NCBI GenBank assembly: GCA_008369845.1
Contig: MRSU01004210.1
Span: 1 to 42,198 of the forward strand
Source: Trichomonas gallinae
Taxonomy: Eukaryota
DNA: 42,198 bases
Direction: 5' to 3'
In this document: one piece after another, positions 10,315-20,103 of the stretch
How positions within the stretch are numbered: the stretch's first letter is position 1
Layout: each line of letters opens with the position of its first letter
Made by a program: the position numbers and the translations under genes
The notes under the pieces: model-generated
Database searches by the model: none
Told to the model about the DNA's origin: nothing
What the model saw: the letters and a program-made list of their open reading frames with translations, nothing else

Positions 10315-11895
10315 TTACTGTTTCTGTTTTGCCTTTGCAGCAGCTTCAGCTGCTGCAGCTGTACGTTGGGCAAGGGCCTTGATAGCATTGCGGTCCATAA
10401 CTCTGCTAACGAATTCTCCTTTATCAACCTTCTGCTGGCGTCCACGAAGCATTTCGCCTGGGCGAGCCTTCTGCTGGCGCTTTGAGCTCTCTGTCTCTCT
10501 GATATCGAAGTTGTTCTCCGACTGAATCTTTTGAGCAACAACTTGGGCGTTGCAGATTGTCATGAAGTCGAAGTCCTCGTCTTCCAAATTAGTTTTGATG
10601 GATTTAAGAGAGTTAATGATCCAGTCTAATGTTTCAGTTGGTGTACTGGCTTTCAGCGGCTCTTTCTGCACAAGCTGCATCTCATCTGCAAGGTGGAGAA
10701 TGGCGCCTTCAACATTCTCCTTAAATGTTATCTGAGCGTTCATTTCGCGCTCTTTTTCGATGAGCTCTTCCTTGCCTTTTATGAGCATCTTCTTTGCTTC
10801 ATTGAGAAGACGGTTAGAGCCGACGCCTTTGTGTGATGCATACTCAGCCTCATCGAGTGCTGATCTACGCTGTGCTACCTGCTTTTCAAGCTGTGCATTG
10901 GCCTCTTTAAGGTCTTCAATCTGCTTCTTGAGTGTTTCTGCGTTCTTGCGGCGGTCTTCGAAGAACTTTTTAATCTCTTCGGGGTCGTTTGTGCCGAAGT
11001 ATTCGCGGACCTCGTCGTATTTCGCTTGGACGCTGCGGAATTTTTCGTCCTTCTTTTCGCGCTGCGCACGGTTGTTGCGGTTGCGGACGGCAGAAGGCTG
11101 CGAGTTAAGAGATTGGTTGCCCTTTGGCCTGCTGTCGTTGCTGCTGTCATCGTTGATCGGGACGTGCATATGTTGCTGGACTTGTGCGGTCTTCGCCTGG
11201 ATGAGTTGGTTGCGACGTTCGCGATTTGCGGCGTACTTTGCCTGAAGGCGGGAGTACTCCATTTCTGCCGCGTTCTTGCTATGGATGGAATCTCGAGCAA
11301 TTAATTCCAAATCGGACAAATCGCGTTTCTTTTGCTCAATCTCCTTCTTTTGTTCCTCAATGAGGCGATTCCAGTGCATCTTTTGGCGTTGGAGCTGATA
11401 CACAATTGAATCGTAGACTTTCATAAGATGTATAGTTTCCTGGTTCTTGATTTCGGCGTTGTCAAGTTTGTTCTTGAGTGAAACAAGGCGTTCTTGTGTT
11501 GTATCAGCAGGTCCATTATTTGCTGTAAGATTTTGATACTGAACAAGAAGCTCTGCATGACGGTTGATAGCCTCCTGTTTTTGGTGTTTGAATTTATCGA
11601 TTTGTTTCTTGAGAAGATTGACTGCGTGAGTTGTCCTCTTGATATCTGCGTGAAGATCTGGGTCTTTCGTGCGAGAAGCTTTCTCTTTTGTAAGTTCATT
11701 CAATTTAGCACGAAGTTGTGTGTGTTCCTTGCGAAGATCTTGAAGAACTTGATCGTTATTTTCTAAACGTTGAACAATTGAAGTGTAAAAATCACGTTCT
11801 GTTCCCTTCAGATCCTTGCCTTTTTCCTTGATACTTGCAAGCTCCGCTTCAAATGTTTCTGCGATGCTTGGTTTTTCCTCTTCCTGTTTCTGCAT
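10315..11895 (-). CDS. Outer dynein arm docking complex subunit (ODA-DC1/CCDC151-like) coiled-coil protein
   Basis: Long coiled coil containing LKNKLDNAEIKNQETIHLMKVYDSIV...DLSDLELIARDSIHSKNAAE, which resembles the DC1/CCDC151 core. ATG at 11895. Confidence 0.65.
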   Translation of the reverse strand: MQKQEEEKPSIAETFEAELASIKEKGKDLKGTERDFYTSIVQRLENNDQVLQDLRKEHTQLRAKLNELTKEKASRTKDPDLHADIKRTTHAVNLLKKQIDKFKHQKQEAINRHAELLVQYQNLTANNGPADTTQERLVSLKNKLDNAEIKNQETIHLMKVYDSIVYQLQRQKMHWNRLIEEQKKEIEQKKRDLSDLELIARDSIHSKNAAEMEYSRLQAKYAANRERRNQLIQAKTAQVQQHMHVPINDDSSNDSRPKGNQSLNSQPSAVRNRNNRAQREKKDEKFRSVQAKYDEVREYFGTNDPEEIKKFFEDRRKNAETLKKQIEDLKEANAQLEKQVAQRRSALDEAEYASHKGVGSNRLLNEAKKMLIKGKEELIEKEREMNAQITFKENVEGAILHLADEMQLVQKEPLKASTPTETLDWIINSLKSIKTNLEDEDFDFMTICNAQVVAQKIQSENNFDIRETESSKRQQKARPGEMLRGRQQKVDKGEFVSRVMDRNAIKALAQRTAAAAEAAAKAKQKQ

Positions 11896-12280
11896 GAAGA
11901 GAAGTTCTTTACAAACGAACAAAAAGTGTCATCGAAACTGATTTTTGACTTTACATGTCAAAAATCTTGCTCTACCGCAATTCTATTCATTTAATAATAA
12001 TCATGCTGCTAAAATAATAAACTATGTTGATATAACAAGATTATATGATAAAAATGACCCAAAACTTATAAAAATACGATGAATGAAAATATATTGAAAA
12101 TTTATTTAATTGTTAAATGCGGTCATTTCTTGTATCCTATTAATTTCTATCAATTAGCAATATGTATCTATAATTTGTCTATGAAATATCTTTTAATGAA
12201 TAATGTATATCAAGTATTAATGTATTTTCAAGACTAAAAACAAATATTTATATAAAATAACAAAAACTAGTATTAATATA

Positions 12281-13963
12281 TTATATATTGAATGGAATGC
12301 TTGCATTATGTTGAATCACACCTGTTGCGAGATCTATTGATGAAGTTACGCTTAGAGGAGAAAATTCATATCCAATTATCTTTGTTTTGATTGATTTGTA
12401 CTCATTGAATTCATAAGGATCAGATAGTGAAACTAGGATTGTATTGTTATTGATTCTATTGTATTCGTTAATTAAATTAATTTGATTTCGATGCCATCTT
12501 GACTTATAAGGAACAAATACTGTGGTCTCATTCTGTTTAGCTATGTTTATTATAGTATTGTATTCTTCATCAGTAACTTTCTTAGAAAATCTGTATTGTT
12601 CAATGTTTCCAAACTGAGCAAGTCTCTTGCAAAAGCTTTCTTCGATGTATTCTTCAAGCATATAATCTGCTGAAATGTCTGCCTCCAAGCAAACAATCTT
12701 TTCGTATTTATTTATCGGGAGAAGCATATTGTCGTTGAAATATGTTATTCCGCTACTTGAAACGCTTTTAGCAAAATCTCTATTTGTTTCATAATCAACT
12801 TTTTCCTGATTTTCATTCGACTCAAGCATTTTCAATTTTGTCTTTATAATCCTTTTAACAGCATTGTCTATTGTCTCCACCAATAGTCTTCCATTATTGA
12901 CGCACTCAACTAAATAATCAATAGCATAATATTGAGAAATATCAAATGTTTTTCCGCAGCTGCAAATCAAATCAACACCTGCATTTATTGCTTCAAGAAT
13001 TGTCTCATTGTATCTGTCTTGGCTCAAAGCTTTCATTACCATGCTATCTGTAATAATCAGCCCATCGTAATTAAGATCATTTCTCAAATAGCTGATGCAC
13101 CTTCTACTCGTGCTGCATGCTCTATACTCATCTAGAGGCGTCAATAAGTGTCCAACCATTATCATATCAACATCTCTACTTATTGCACCTTTAATTGGAA
13201 CAAGGTCTATATCTGTCAAACTCTCAAAAGTTCTGTCGATTTTTGGAAGCTCTAAATGTGAGTCTTGTGTTGTCTCTCCATGCCCTGGAAAGTGCTTCGC
13301 GCATGCCAGGACTCCTGCCTTTTTGTGCCCGTCTATGTATCTTTCTGCGTACTTGCGAACAAATGATGGATCATCACCAAAACTCCTGTCGCCTATTATA
13401 GGATTCGCACTGTTACTGTTTACATCTGTCACTGGAGAAAAATTCAAGTTTATGCCTACATCTCGGAGTTCTGACGCTAGCAAATATGATACTCTATATG
13501 AGTTCTCGATACTCTTTGTAGCGGCAATTGTCATAAAAGAAGGAAAGACAGTAGAGTTGCGAAACATTCGAATTTGGCTTCCGCCTTCTTGATCTATAGA
13601 AATGAAAGCTGGAAGACCAAAGAATTGCCGTGAGTATGATTGTATTTTTGCAGTAAGTGATCGTATTTGTTGTTGTGATACGAGGTTTCGTCCCATTAGG
13701 ATGAAATTTCCAACACTATGGCTCTGTATTAAAGTTAAATCGGATGGTAATAAAAGATCTGATGGTATATCAAGTACAAACATTTGACCGAGTTTTTGCT
13801 TTAATGACATTTTAGATAAGAATTTCTTAATTTTATCATCCTCATTCGATCTATTTGTTAATATAACAAGCGAAAGAATGAATATTGATGCTACTATATT
13901 GACGGGAAGAATATATTTCGCTCTGAAATATCTCCGCTTTAGAAATCTATGTCTATTCAGCAT
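12281..13963 (-). CDS. GH3 beta-N-acetylglucosaminidase (NagZ-like) with N-terminal membrane anchor
   Basis: Motifs IDQEGG, NPIIGDRSFG, the NagZ signature KHFPGHGxxxxDSH and nucleophile ITDSM. It has a C-terminal GH3 alpha/beta domain and a hydrophobic segment at about aa 19-36. Confidence 0.9.
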   Translation of the reverse strand: MLNRHRFLKRRYFRAKYILPVNIVASIFILSLVILTNRSNEDDKIKKFLSKMSLKQKLGQMFVLDIPSDLLLPSDLTLIQSHSVGNFILMGRNLVSQQQIRSLTAKIQSYSRQFFGLPAFISIDQEGGSQIRMFRNSTVFPSFMTIAATKSIENSYRVSYLLASELRDVGINLNFSPVTDVNSNSANPIIGDRSFGDDPSFVRKYAERYIDGHKKAGVLACAKHFPGHGETTQDSHLELPKIDRTFESLTDIDLVPIKGAISRDVDMIMVGHLLTPLDEYRACSTSRRCISYLRNDLNYDGLIITDSMVMKALSQDRYNETILEAINAGVDLICSCGKTFDISQYYAIDYLVECVNNGRLLVETIDNAVKRIIKTKLKMLESNENQEKVDYETNRDFAKSVSSSGITYFNDNMLLPINKYEKIVCLEADISADYMLEEYIEESFCKRLAQFGNIEQYRFSKKVTDEEYNTIINIAKQNETTVFVPYKSRWHRNQINLINEYNRINNNTILVSLSDPYEFNEYKSIKTKIIGYEFSPLSVTSSIDLATGVIQHNASIPFNI

Positions 13964-14510
13964 CAATGGAAAAGTGCCAACAAAAAAATAATGTCTATTT
14001 AAGCCTAATTTATCGAAATATAGGATATTTATAGCCTATATATTCTGTGTATATGAAAATCTTTGAAATATCATATTGATTTTGTTATTGAAATCAATTC
14101 AAAGTCATGATAATGTTCCCAATATATTAACTTGCTGATAGTAAATCGTTATCATAGCTCCCATGAGCTAAAAATGATTTTTTAAATTTTCAAATTTTTA
14201 ATTAGATAGCTTGTGATAAACTAATATCATTTTGCATCATTTAATGACATGCACAATTCAGAAATAAATAGAGAAAATTTACTCTTTGAAAAATTCAAAT
14301 TCATCACAGCAAGCTATACATCTAGAAAAAGAAAATGATGGTTTCTTAGTGAAATAATATGCAATGATTGTATTTCAAACATTAATTTCTTTTGTTTATT
14401 AACGATTGAAGCAAAAATATTTATAAAAAATGATTTATTGGAAGCACTCATTATTAATGAGCTTCTCTACGTAGAATAGAATCGGAAACTGCGAGTATAA
14501 TGCGCCAATA

Positions 14511-15011
14511 ATGGATATTTCAACTTCGAAATAAAAATTAATAAACGTATATTTTCCAATTTTGTTCTTTTTTCCAGCTTTTTCCTTTTCTGTTCTGAAT
14601 CAGCCAATCATTCAGGAATGCAGCTACTATAATACATACGATTATAGTTGTGCAGAAACACCTAGTGGCATTTCTTCGTTTAATGGAATATTATATTGCA
14701 ACGAAAGTGATCAAGCAATACAAATTAACGGAACAAACTTGACATGTGTAAACTCTACAAATTAAACTTTAATCCTAAATGATACATTCATCGATTTTAA
14801 TTCGACAAGTATTTTATCATCGGATAGTGTTACGTTTTACGACATAGATTCCACATATACAACTACATATAACACAAATTATTCGAAATATCTTAATGAT
14901 TCCATTAAAGTTTGCGGAAATAATACAAATACACTTTATTCAGCTTGTCAATTTCTTTGTTCAGCCTGTGTTCTATCCAGATATTCAGCACAGTCTCAAG
15001 CATGTAGTTTA
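14511..15011 (+). pseudogene. In-frame 5' portion of the meckelin gene, interrupted by TAA (14763-14765; also TAA 14532-14534)
   Basis: Same frame as ORF 15012. Encodes a signal-peptide-like VYFPILFFFPAFSFS, a Cys-rich segment, and ACQFLCSACVL (meckelin ACQxLxNxCV motif) downstream of the stop. Confidence 0.6.
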
Positions 15012-17102
15012 ATGCACTCAGTTATCCCAACAATCGGTTATAACGTTTATGAATACGAATTTTGGCCTGGAGAAAGGCCTTTTATTGAATACGAAACAAC
15101 TATGCAACGTGTACTTGAAGAAGTTACAAGAAAGCAGTCATTTTCACGCGAATCAATCGTAAATATTTCAATGGCGAGATATTCTAAAAATGGAGAGTTC
15201 TTAGGATATCAAGTCCTTACAGAACAACTAGATCATTGTAGCCGCTACCAATCGCAGCAGCAGCTCTGGAGAATCTACGGCAGCATTGTTAATTATTCTT
15301 GTTTAATCAATTTGCAAGATATGTTGATTTCTAGCAATACAGACCTTTATGACCCATTCCTTGTTGAAATTATAAACAATACAGAAGTTCTCAGGCCGAT
15401 TCCTATTATTGTTCGAAATTATCATGATGCAGAAAACCAAACTGTAAATTATGGATCAAATGATCGAAAAATTAGAATGTTCAGAAGGTTTTTCATATTT
15501 GATAACTACACAACCGATGATTATATTCAATACATTTCGCAAATTTCTTTGAACTTTCAGTCAGACGTTTTAGATGGTATCCCGTACTTCGATATCACAT
15601 ATGCAACAGCTAAACGAAGTGATGTTGAAAATCAAGTCGTTCCATTGTTTAATGTCAAAGAAAGCAATGCAACAAAGGAATTTAAGTACGGAACTAACTA
15701 CGTCACTGATTTAAATGACTTCTGGTTTGCTTGCCTTGTCATTTTATTGGTTATTTCAGCAATTGTGTTTTCAATCTTCTTATTCCGTTGCTATTTAATG
15801 TACACGAGATATGCACAAGATGGAGTCAACATTTTCATGATCATTGCATGCTTTAACGAGCTTTTCTCAATTGCTGCTTTTCTTATGTACGTCGTAGTAT
15901 TTATTTTCACTATTTTCTTCTATATAGCGTTCAAGTGGGTTGGAGCACCTAAGTTCACCATTCCAATAAAAGAGACGCAGCTGGCACTGAATATATTCGT
16001 CTATATCTGCACGGCATCAACCTGTGCAGCAGTTGTTTTGCGCCTTATTCTTCAATTCGCAACTGACATATTTATCATCGACTGGGAGAGAGCTTCCCGC
16101 AGCAAAAAAGGTGTTGTTCTCCGCCAAGTCATTCTAGCTAATGAGTATATCAGGCTGTCAACGAAGAGAGACTATAATCCATACATAATCATGACGCTTT
16201 TGATCTTCATTCTCAAAGGAATCAAAGTCGAATTGTGGGCGACTCCAATTTCAACAGTCCGACTAATTGACACTGGATTCACTAGTGATGTCCTTAGATT
16301 CGCAAATGACAGCTTCTTCTTCATCATGCTTATGGTTGTATCTTTTATAGCGAATCTCATCAAGAATCTGATTTTTGGAAATCCGATAAATAGGTTCATA
16401 GATTTGTGCTCGACAGCAAATATTTCGTTTATCTCAATGATCACGAATTCTTGGGGCTTCTATTTGCACGGAAGATCAGGCATTGTATGTAATGATAACT
16501 TATTAGCATCAACATCCGATGAGCAAGAGTTAGAAGAGATTGACACGCCAAGAAATGGAAGTAACGATATTGGAAGTATTACTATGAGCTTCGATGACAA
16601 AGTTTTCGAACTTTATATGTCACCATCGTATAGAGAGTCATTATTTACGCCTGTGAAACATGCTGCTGACATCTACAAAGCTACTAAACTTAAGGATGCT
16701 GCTTCTCCAAATGTCCTCACACCAGAAGCGAAGCGAGAGCTTGACTATCTCAACAAGGCTCTAGCGAAGTTCTATGGTGCACCACTAGGTAGGAGACAGT
16801 ATGATGTTCAAGGGCAGCCTCTCGCTAATAAGCTATCTGGACTTCCTCCTGTTGTTGAAAACCATTCAATGTTTTACATTGAAAAGAATGGATCGTTCAG
16901 AAATCCGCTATTTTCATCACATCAGATAATGATGGCATTATTCAATTTGATTATTTTCATTGTTGTTGATATTTCAATAGAATCACCAATAATTGCTGCT
17001 TTATGCTCTACTCTTTGCGATTTCGTTGTTGCTTATGTATGGAGATTAATTGTTACTCTCAAGATTCAGCAGAAATCATTATATGATAGAAAATTGGATT
17101 GA
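15012..17102 (+). CDS. TMEM67: Meckelin (TMEM67/MKS3)-like ciliary transition-zone membrane protein
   Basis: Motifs PIPIIVRN, RRFFIFDN, DIFIIDWER, ANEY, FIDLCSTANISF and GFYLHGRS, with multiple TM helices. Confidence 0.85.
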   Translation: MHSVIPTIGYNVYEYEFWPGERPFIEYETTMQRVLEEVTRKQSFSRESIVNISMARYSKNGEFLGYQVLTEQLDHCSRYQSQQQLWRIYGSIVNYSCLINLQDMLISSNTDLYDPFLVEIINNTEVLRPIPIIVRNYHDAENQTVNYGSNDRKIRMFRRFFIFDNYTTDDYIQYISQISLNFQSDVLDGIPYFDITYATAKRSDVENQVVPLFNVKESNATKEFKYGTNYVTDLNDFWFACLVILLVISAIVFSIFLFRCYLMYTRYAQDGVNIFMIIACFNELFSIAAFLMYVVVFIFTIFFYIAFKWVGAPKFTIPIKETQLALNIFVYICTASTCAAVVLRLILQFATDIFIIDWERASRSKKGVVLRQVILANEYIRLSTKRDYNPYIIMTLLIFILKGIKVELWATPISTVRLIDTGFTSDVLRFANDSFFFIMLMVVSFIANLIKNLIFGNPINRFIDLCSTANISFISMITNSWGFYLHGRSGIVCNDNLLASTSDEQELEEIDTPRNGSNDIGSITMSFDDKVFELYMSPSYRESLFTPVKHAADIYKATKLKDAASPNVLTPEAKRELDYLNKALAKFYGAPLGRRQYDVQGQPLANKLSGLPPVVENHSMFYIEKNGSFRNPLFSSHQIMMALFNLIIFIVVDISIESPIIAALCSTLCDFVVAYVWRLIVTLKIQQKSLYDRKLD

Positions 17103-17278
17103 AAATCTTTGTATGTGTTTTTGTTATTTATAAATGTTTTATTTTTATCATTAGAAACATATTTAACATCACTCATGAATAGATTGTGATTTTTAGCGAT
17201 AGGTTGATTTAAAAATGGATGATATGAATTAAAATTTAACACTTTATAATGAAATAAATAAAAACAACAAAAAAGAAG

Positions 17279-18697
17279 TTAAACTTCATTGAGATTCAAT
17301 CTCAATATCGTTGTGTAATGCGATCTATCTGTGTGTGGTGAAACATCTGTAACTATTGAATCAAATAATAAATATCCATCAGCAAATAGAGTATATTCTT
17401 TGGGAATTGATGAACCTTCAGAGACTAAAATGACGTATAATGGACGCCAGTTAAATATGTTGACAATTGTATCTGCAAAGGATGGGTGTCTATTAAACTC
17501 AATAAGTACGGCAGTCTTATACATATTCTTCGATGAAAGCATGTTAATCAAGCCTTCGCCGTAAATATCTGTAGAAAATTCGACATTTTGAATTCCATTA
17601 TGTTCTGCTGTTTTGATTGCGTGATCAGTAGCAACTTTGTCACTATCAAAACATATAAGATTCTTAACACTATTGGCTAAGTTTAATGCAATAAATCCAT
17701 ATTGAGAATTAACAGAAATTAAATTTTCAACTCCTAAAACGCGCAAACTATCATTCAAATATTTCAGCATATCCTGTAATGCCAATATATTCTTCGGAAT
17801 TATGATAGAATTGTTAAAATGAAAATCAATATTATGAATTTTTTGATGAAGCATGAGATCACCTTTGAGAGTGGATGGAATGTTATTTCCTTTTATGCAA
17901 ATATGATTATATTGTTGAAACGCAGATAATATTTCTTTTTGTAAGTCTTTTGAAATTTCTTTCTTTGATTCTATGTATATTATCATATCAGACTCACTAC
18001 ACTGTATTGCAAGTGAACACCAATGCCCATTTCCTGTAATTGGATCATATGGCGCTGTTTTTGTATTATGCATTAGATTTTTGAAAATATTAACAATTGT
18101 AAATATTTCAAGTGGATAACTTGAAACTTTTTCAATAGGTATTATGTATGGTGATGTTCTATTGCCACTCTGAAAACCTATTTCTGGCTTTTTTGATTGA
18201 TTATATCCTATGCTTAAAACACAGCGATTATAATAGGAATTTAATATAGGTGAGGGTATAACCGTTATATTAGGATATTGGTTATTGAATTTTTCAGTCA
18301 TTTCGGCCAAATTTGAGAGCTCCTTATTTCTCAATTGTACAGCATATGGGATATTTAAATATGGTGTAAGAAGTTCAATATCAGAGTTTGGGAAAGTCGT
18401 TTTAACAACATTCATATTGTTCATTTTCGCTCTTGCATTTTCTACGTTATTTTCAATCCTAATGATTTTCAACCCGCTATTCTGGATTCGTATTTTTCTT
18501 AGCAGCAGTTCACCTTTATCCAAGAGATCCTTATTATCGAACTTAATAATGAAATGTTTCATATCAGAATCTCTTTTGAGGTCAGTGAACTTGATGCGGC
18601 AGCGGTCAGACAGAAACTTATGCACACGCTCATCATCCCATTGACTATCAAATCCTCCAACATATAAACTTTGAGGCGCAGATAAAAAAGCACCCAT
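17279..18697 (-). CDS. TRMT2A-like tRNA m5U methyltransferase homolog (RRM + degenerate MTase), probably inactive
   Basis: N-terminal RRM (LYVGGF), LLTPYLNIPYAVQLRNKE, YYNRCVLSIG, AIKTAEHNGIQNVEF and C-terminal TDVSPHT. The catalytic motifs are altered. ATG at 18697. Confidence 0.7.
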   Translation of the reverse strand: MGAFLSAPQSLYVGGFDSQWDDERVHKFLSDRCRIKFTDLKRDSDMKHFIIKFDNKDLLDKGELLLRKIRIQNSGLKIIRIENNVENARAKMNNMNVVKTTFPNSDIELLTPYLNIPYAVQLRNKELSNLAEMTEKFNNQYPNITVIPSPILNSYYNRCVLSIGYNQSKKPEIGFQSGNRTSPYIIPIEKVSSYPLEIFTIVNIFKNLMHNTKTAPYDPITGNGHWCSLAIQCSESDMIIYIESKKEISKDLQKEILSAFQQYNHICIKGNNIPSTLKGDLMLHQKIHNIDFHFNNSIIIPKNILALQDMLKYLNDSLRVLGVENLISVNSQYGFIALNLANSVKNLICFDSDKVATDHAIKTAEHNGIQNVEFSTDIYGEGLINMLSSKNMYKTAVLIEFNRHPSFADTIVNIFNWRPLYVILVSEGSSIPKEYTLFADGYLLFDSIVTDVSPHTDRSHYTTILRLNLNEV

Positions 18698-18713
18698 AAA
18701 AATATTAATTAAT

Positions 18714-18856
18714 AAAAGTGACAAATACAAATCTAAAATAGAGATAGTTTACAAAAAGTGCCATGAATATATTTAAAAGTGACGAAAATAAATTAATAAA
18801 AGTGACAACGAAAACAAAAGTGACAGTATCCAAAATCTCCGATTAGAAAACCGCTT
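18714..18856. promoter_or_regulatory. Divergent promoter with clustered AAAAGTGAC (motif-2/reverse Inr) copies and an M3-like site
   Basis: AAAAGTGAC at 18714, 18775, 18798 and 18816; AAAAGTGCC at 18754; AACCGCTT at 18849-18856. All lie between ATGs at 18697(-) and 18883(+). Confidence 0.65.
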
Positions 18857-18882
18857 TTTTTATATACATTTTAAATTTATTA

Positions 18883-20103
18883 ATGAATTCCAGTCTTCTA
18901 GTAGATACCAATCCAACAGATGCAGCCAATACTGAAAATAGATATACTGTTGATAATTCATCTATTGAAAATGATGATTCTATTGCAATGAATGTTATAT
19001 TTGTTAATGGGCATAAATACAAAAAAGAGAGCATGCTTCAAATGACAAGTGAGTACACAACATACTCAATTCGTGATGATATTCGACGCCAATTTACGTT
19101 AAAAATTGCAAATGTTGCAAAACCTAAGGATTTCGTCCTATCTTTGAATAAATTGAAAGGAAAATCGTGTATTGCATCTATTATAGAATACCAAATTTTG
19201 CAAGATCAAGTGTTGGTTGTTTTTGAAGCTGGAAAGCCAATAAATATTCGCGAAATTCCTAAGAATTTACTTAAAAGACGCTTGAAACAAATTATTACAG
19301 CTGCAGCTTCAGTTGCAGATGAAAAAATGGATTTTACAAATCTATCATTAGATGATTTTATCAATACAAACGGAGGATTTCGTTTAATTCATTTCGAATC
19401 AACTTATAAATCGCCATTAAACAGCACAATTAAAACTTTTGCGCCAGTTATTCCATTGTTGAAAGAAGTTTTCGATGGAAAAAGAGCAGAGCTGGACAAT
19501 GATGATGTCATCAATTTCCAAAAGGCAATAAAACTTACTGAAACTACAGAGATTTCTAAAATGAAAGAACTTCTAGATTCCGAAGTATTAAGGGATGGAT
19601 TTAGAGTCGTTATTAATAAAGGAAATAGGTCGGCTACTCCAGATCCACATAATCTTATTCCATTTAAGAGAAGAAGGAGGAGGCAAGTTCAAGAAGAAGA
19701 TGATAACGAGCCTGTAATCATCAAGAGAATTGAACCTGGTGATATACCATCTGTCCCATATTTACTATTTTTGTCAATAGGAGTGTTAATTTCTTTCAGT
19801 GTGAATTTATACATTAAACTCACACTTAGATCATCACTTAACTTTACATCTCTATTGATAAACGTAGTTTTGGTCATTTGCTCAGTGTGTTGTGCTTTTA
19901 TTGGTGTAGTATTTACAAAGCTTAAAGATGAATTCCCACCAACGCAGCTAACATCTAAGCTGAAGAAATGGTGTATATTCTTGAATGCTACTGTTATTAT
20001 GACAATTGGATGCAAATCACTTGAAATTTCATATGATCCATTTACTTCATCTGCTGGCTTTATCCTCATGGTGTGGCTATGCTCTTCTATGATAATATCA
20101 TGA
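18883..20103 (+). CDS. Mps1/TTK-like pseudokinase with C-terminal transmembrane helices
   Basis: IFVNGHKY...FTLKI...LNKLKGKSCIASIIEYQI...VLVVFEAG...MDFTNLSLDDF.NGGFRLIHF follows kinase subdomains I-VII without GxGxxG, HRD or DFG. A KRRRRR stretch and 3-4 hydrophobic helices follow. Confidence 0.55.
   Translation: MNSSLLVDTNPTDAANTENRYTVDNSSIENDDSIAMNVIFVNGHKYKKESMLQMTSEYTTYSIRDDIRRQFTLKIANVAKPKDFVLSLNKLKGKSCIASIIEYQILQDQVLVVFEAGKPINIREIPKNLLKRRLKQIITAAASVADEKMDFTNLSLDDFINTNGGFRLIHFESTYKSPLNSTIKTFAPVIPLLKEVFDGKRAELDNDDVINFQKAIKLTETTEISKMKELLDSEVLRDGFRVVINKGNRSATPDPHNLIPFKRRRRRQVQEEDDNEPVIIKRIEPGDIPSVPYLLFLSIGVLISFSVNLYIKLTLRSSLNFTSLLINVVLVICSVCCAFIGVVFTKLKDEFPPTQLTSKLKKWCIFLNATVIMTIGCKSLEISYDPFTSSAGFILMVWLCSSMIIS

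Noticed and set aside
14547..14577. GT...polypyrimidine...CAG intron-like stretch before meckelin
   Set aside because: It lacks the trichomonad branch-point/3' motif (CTAAC...CAG), and the pyrimidine run is explained by signal-peptide codons.
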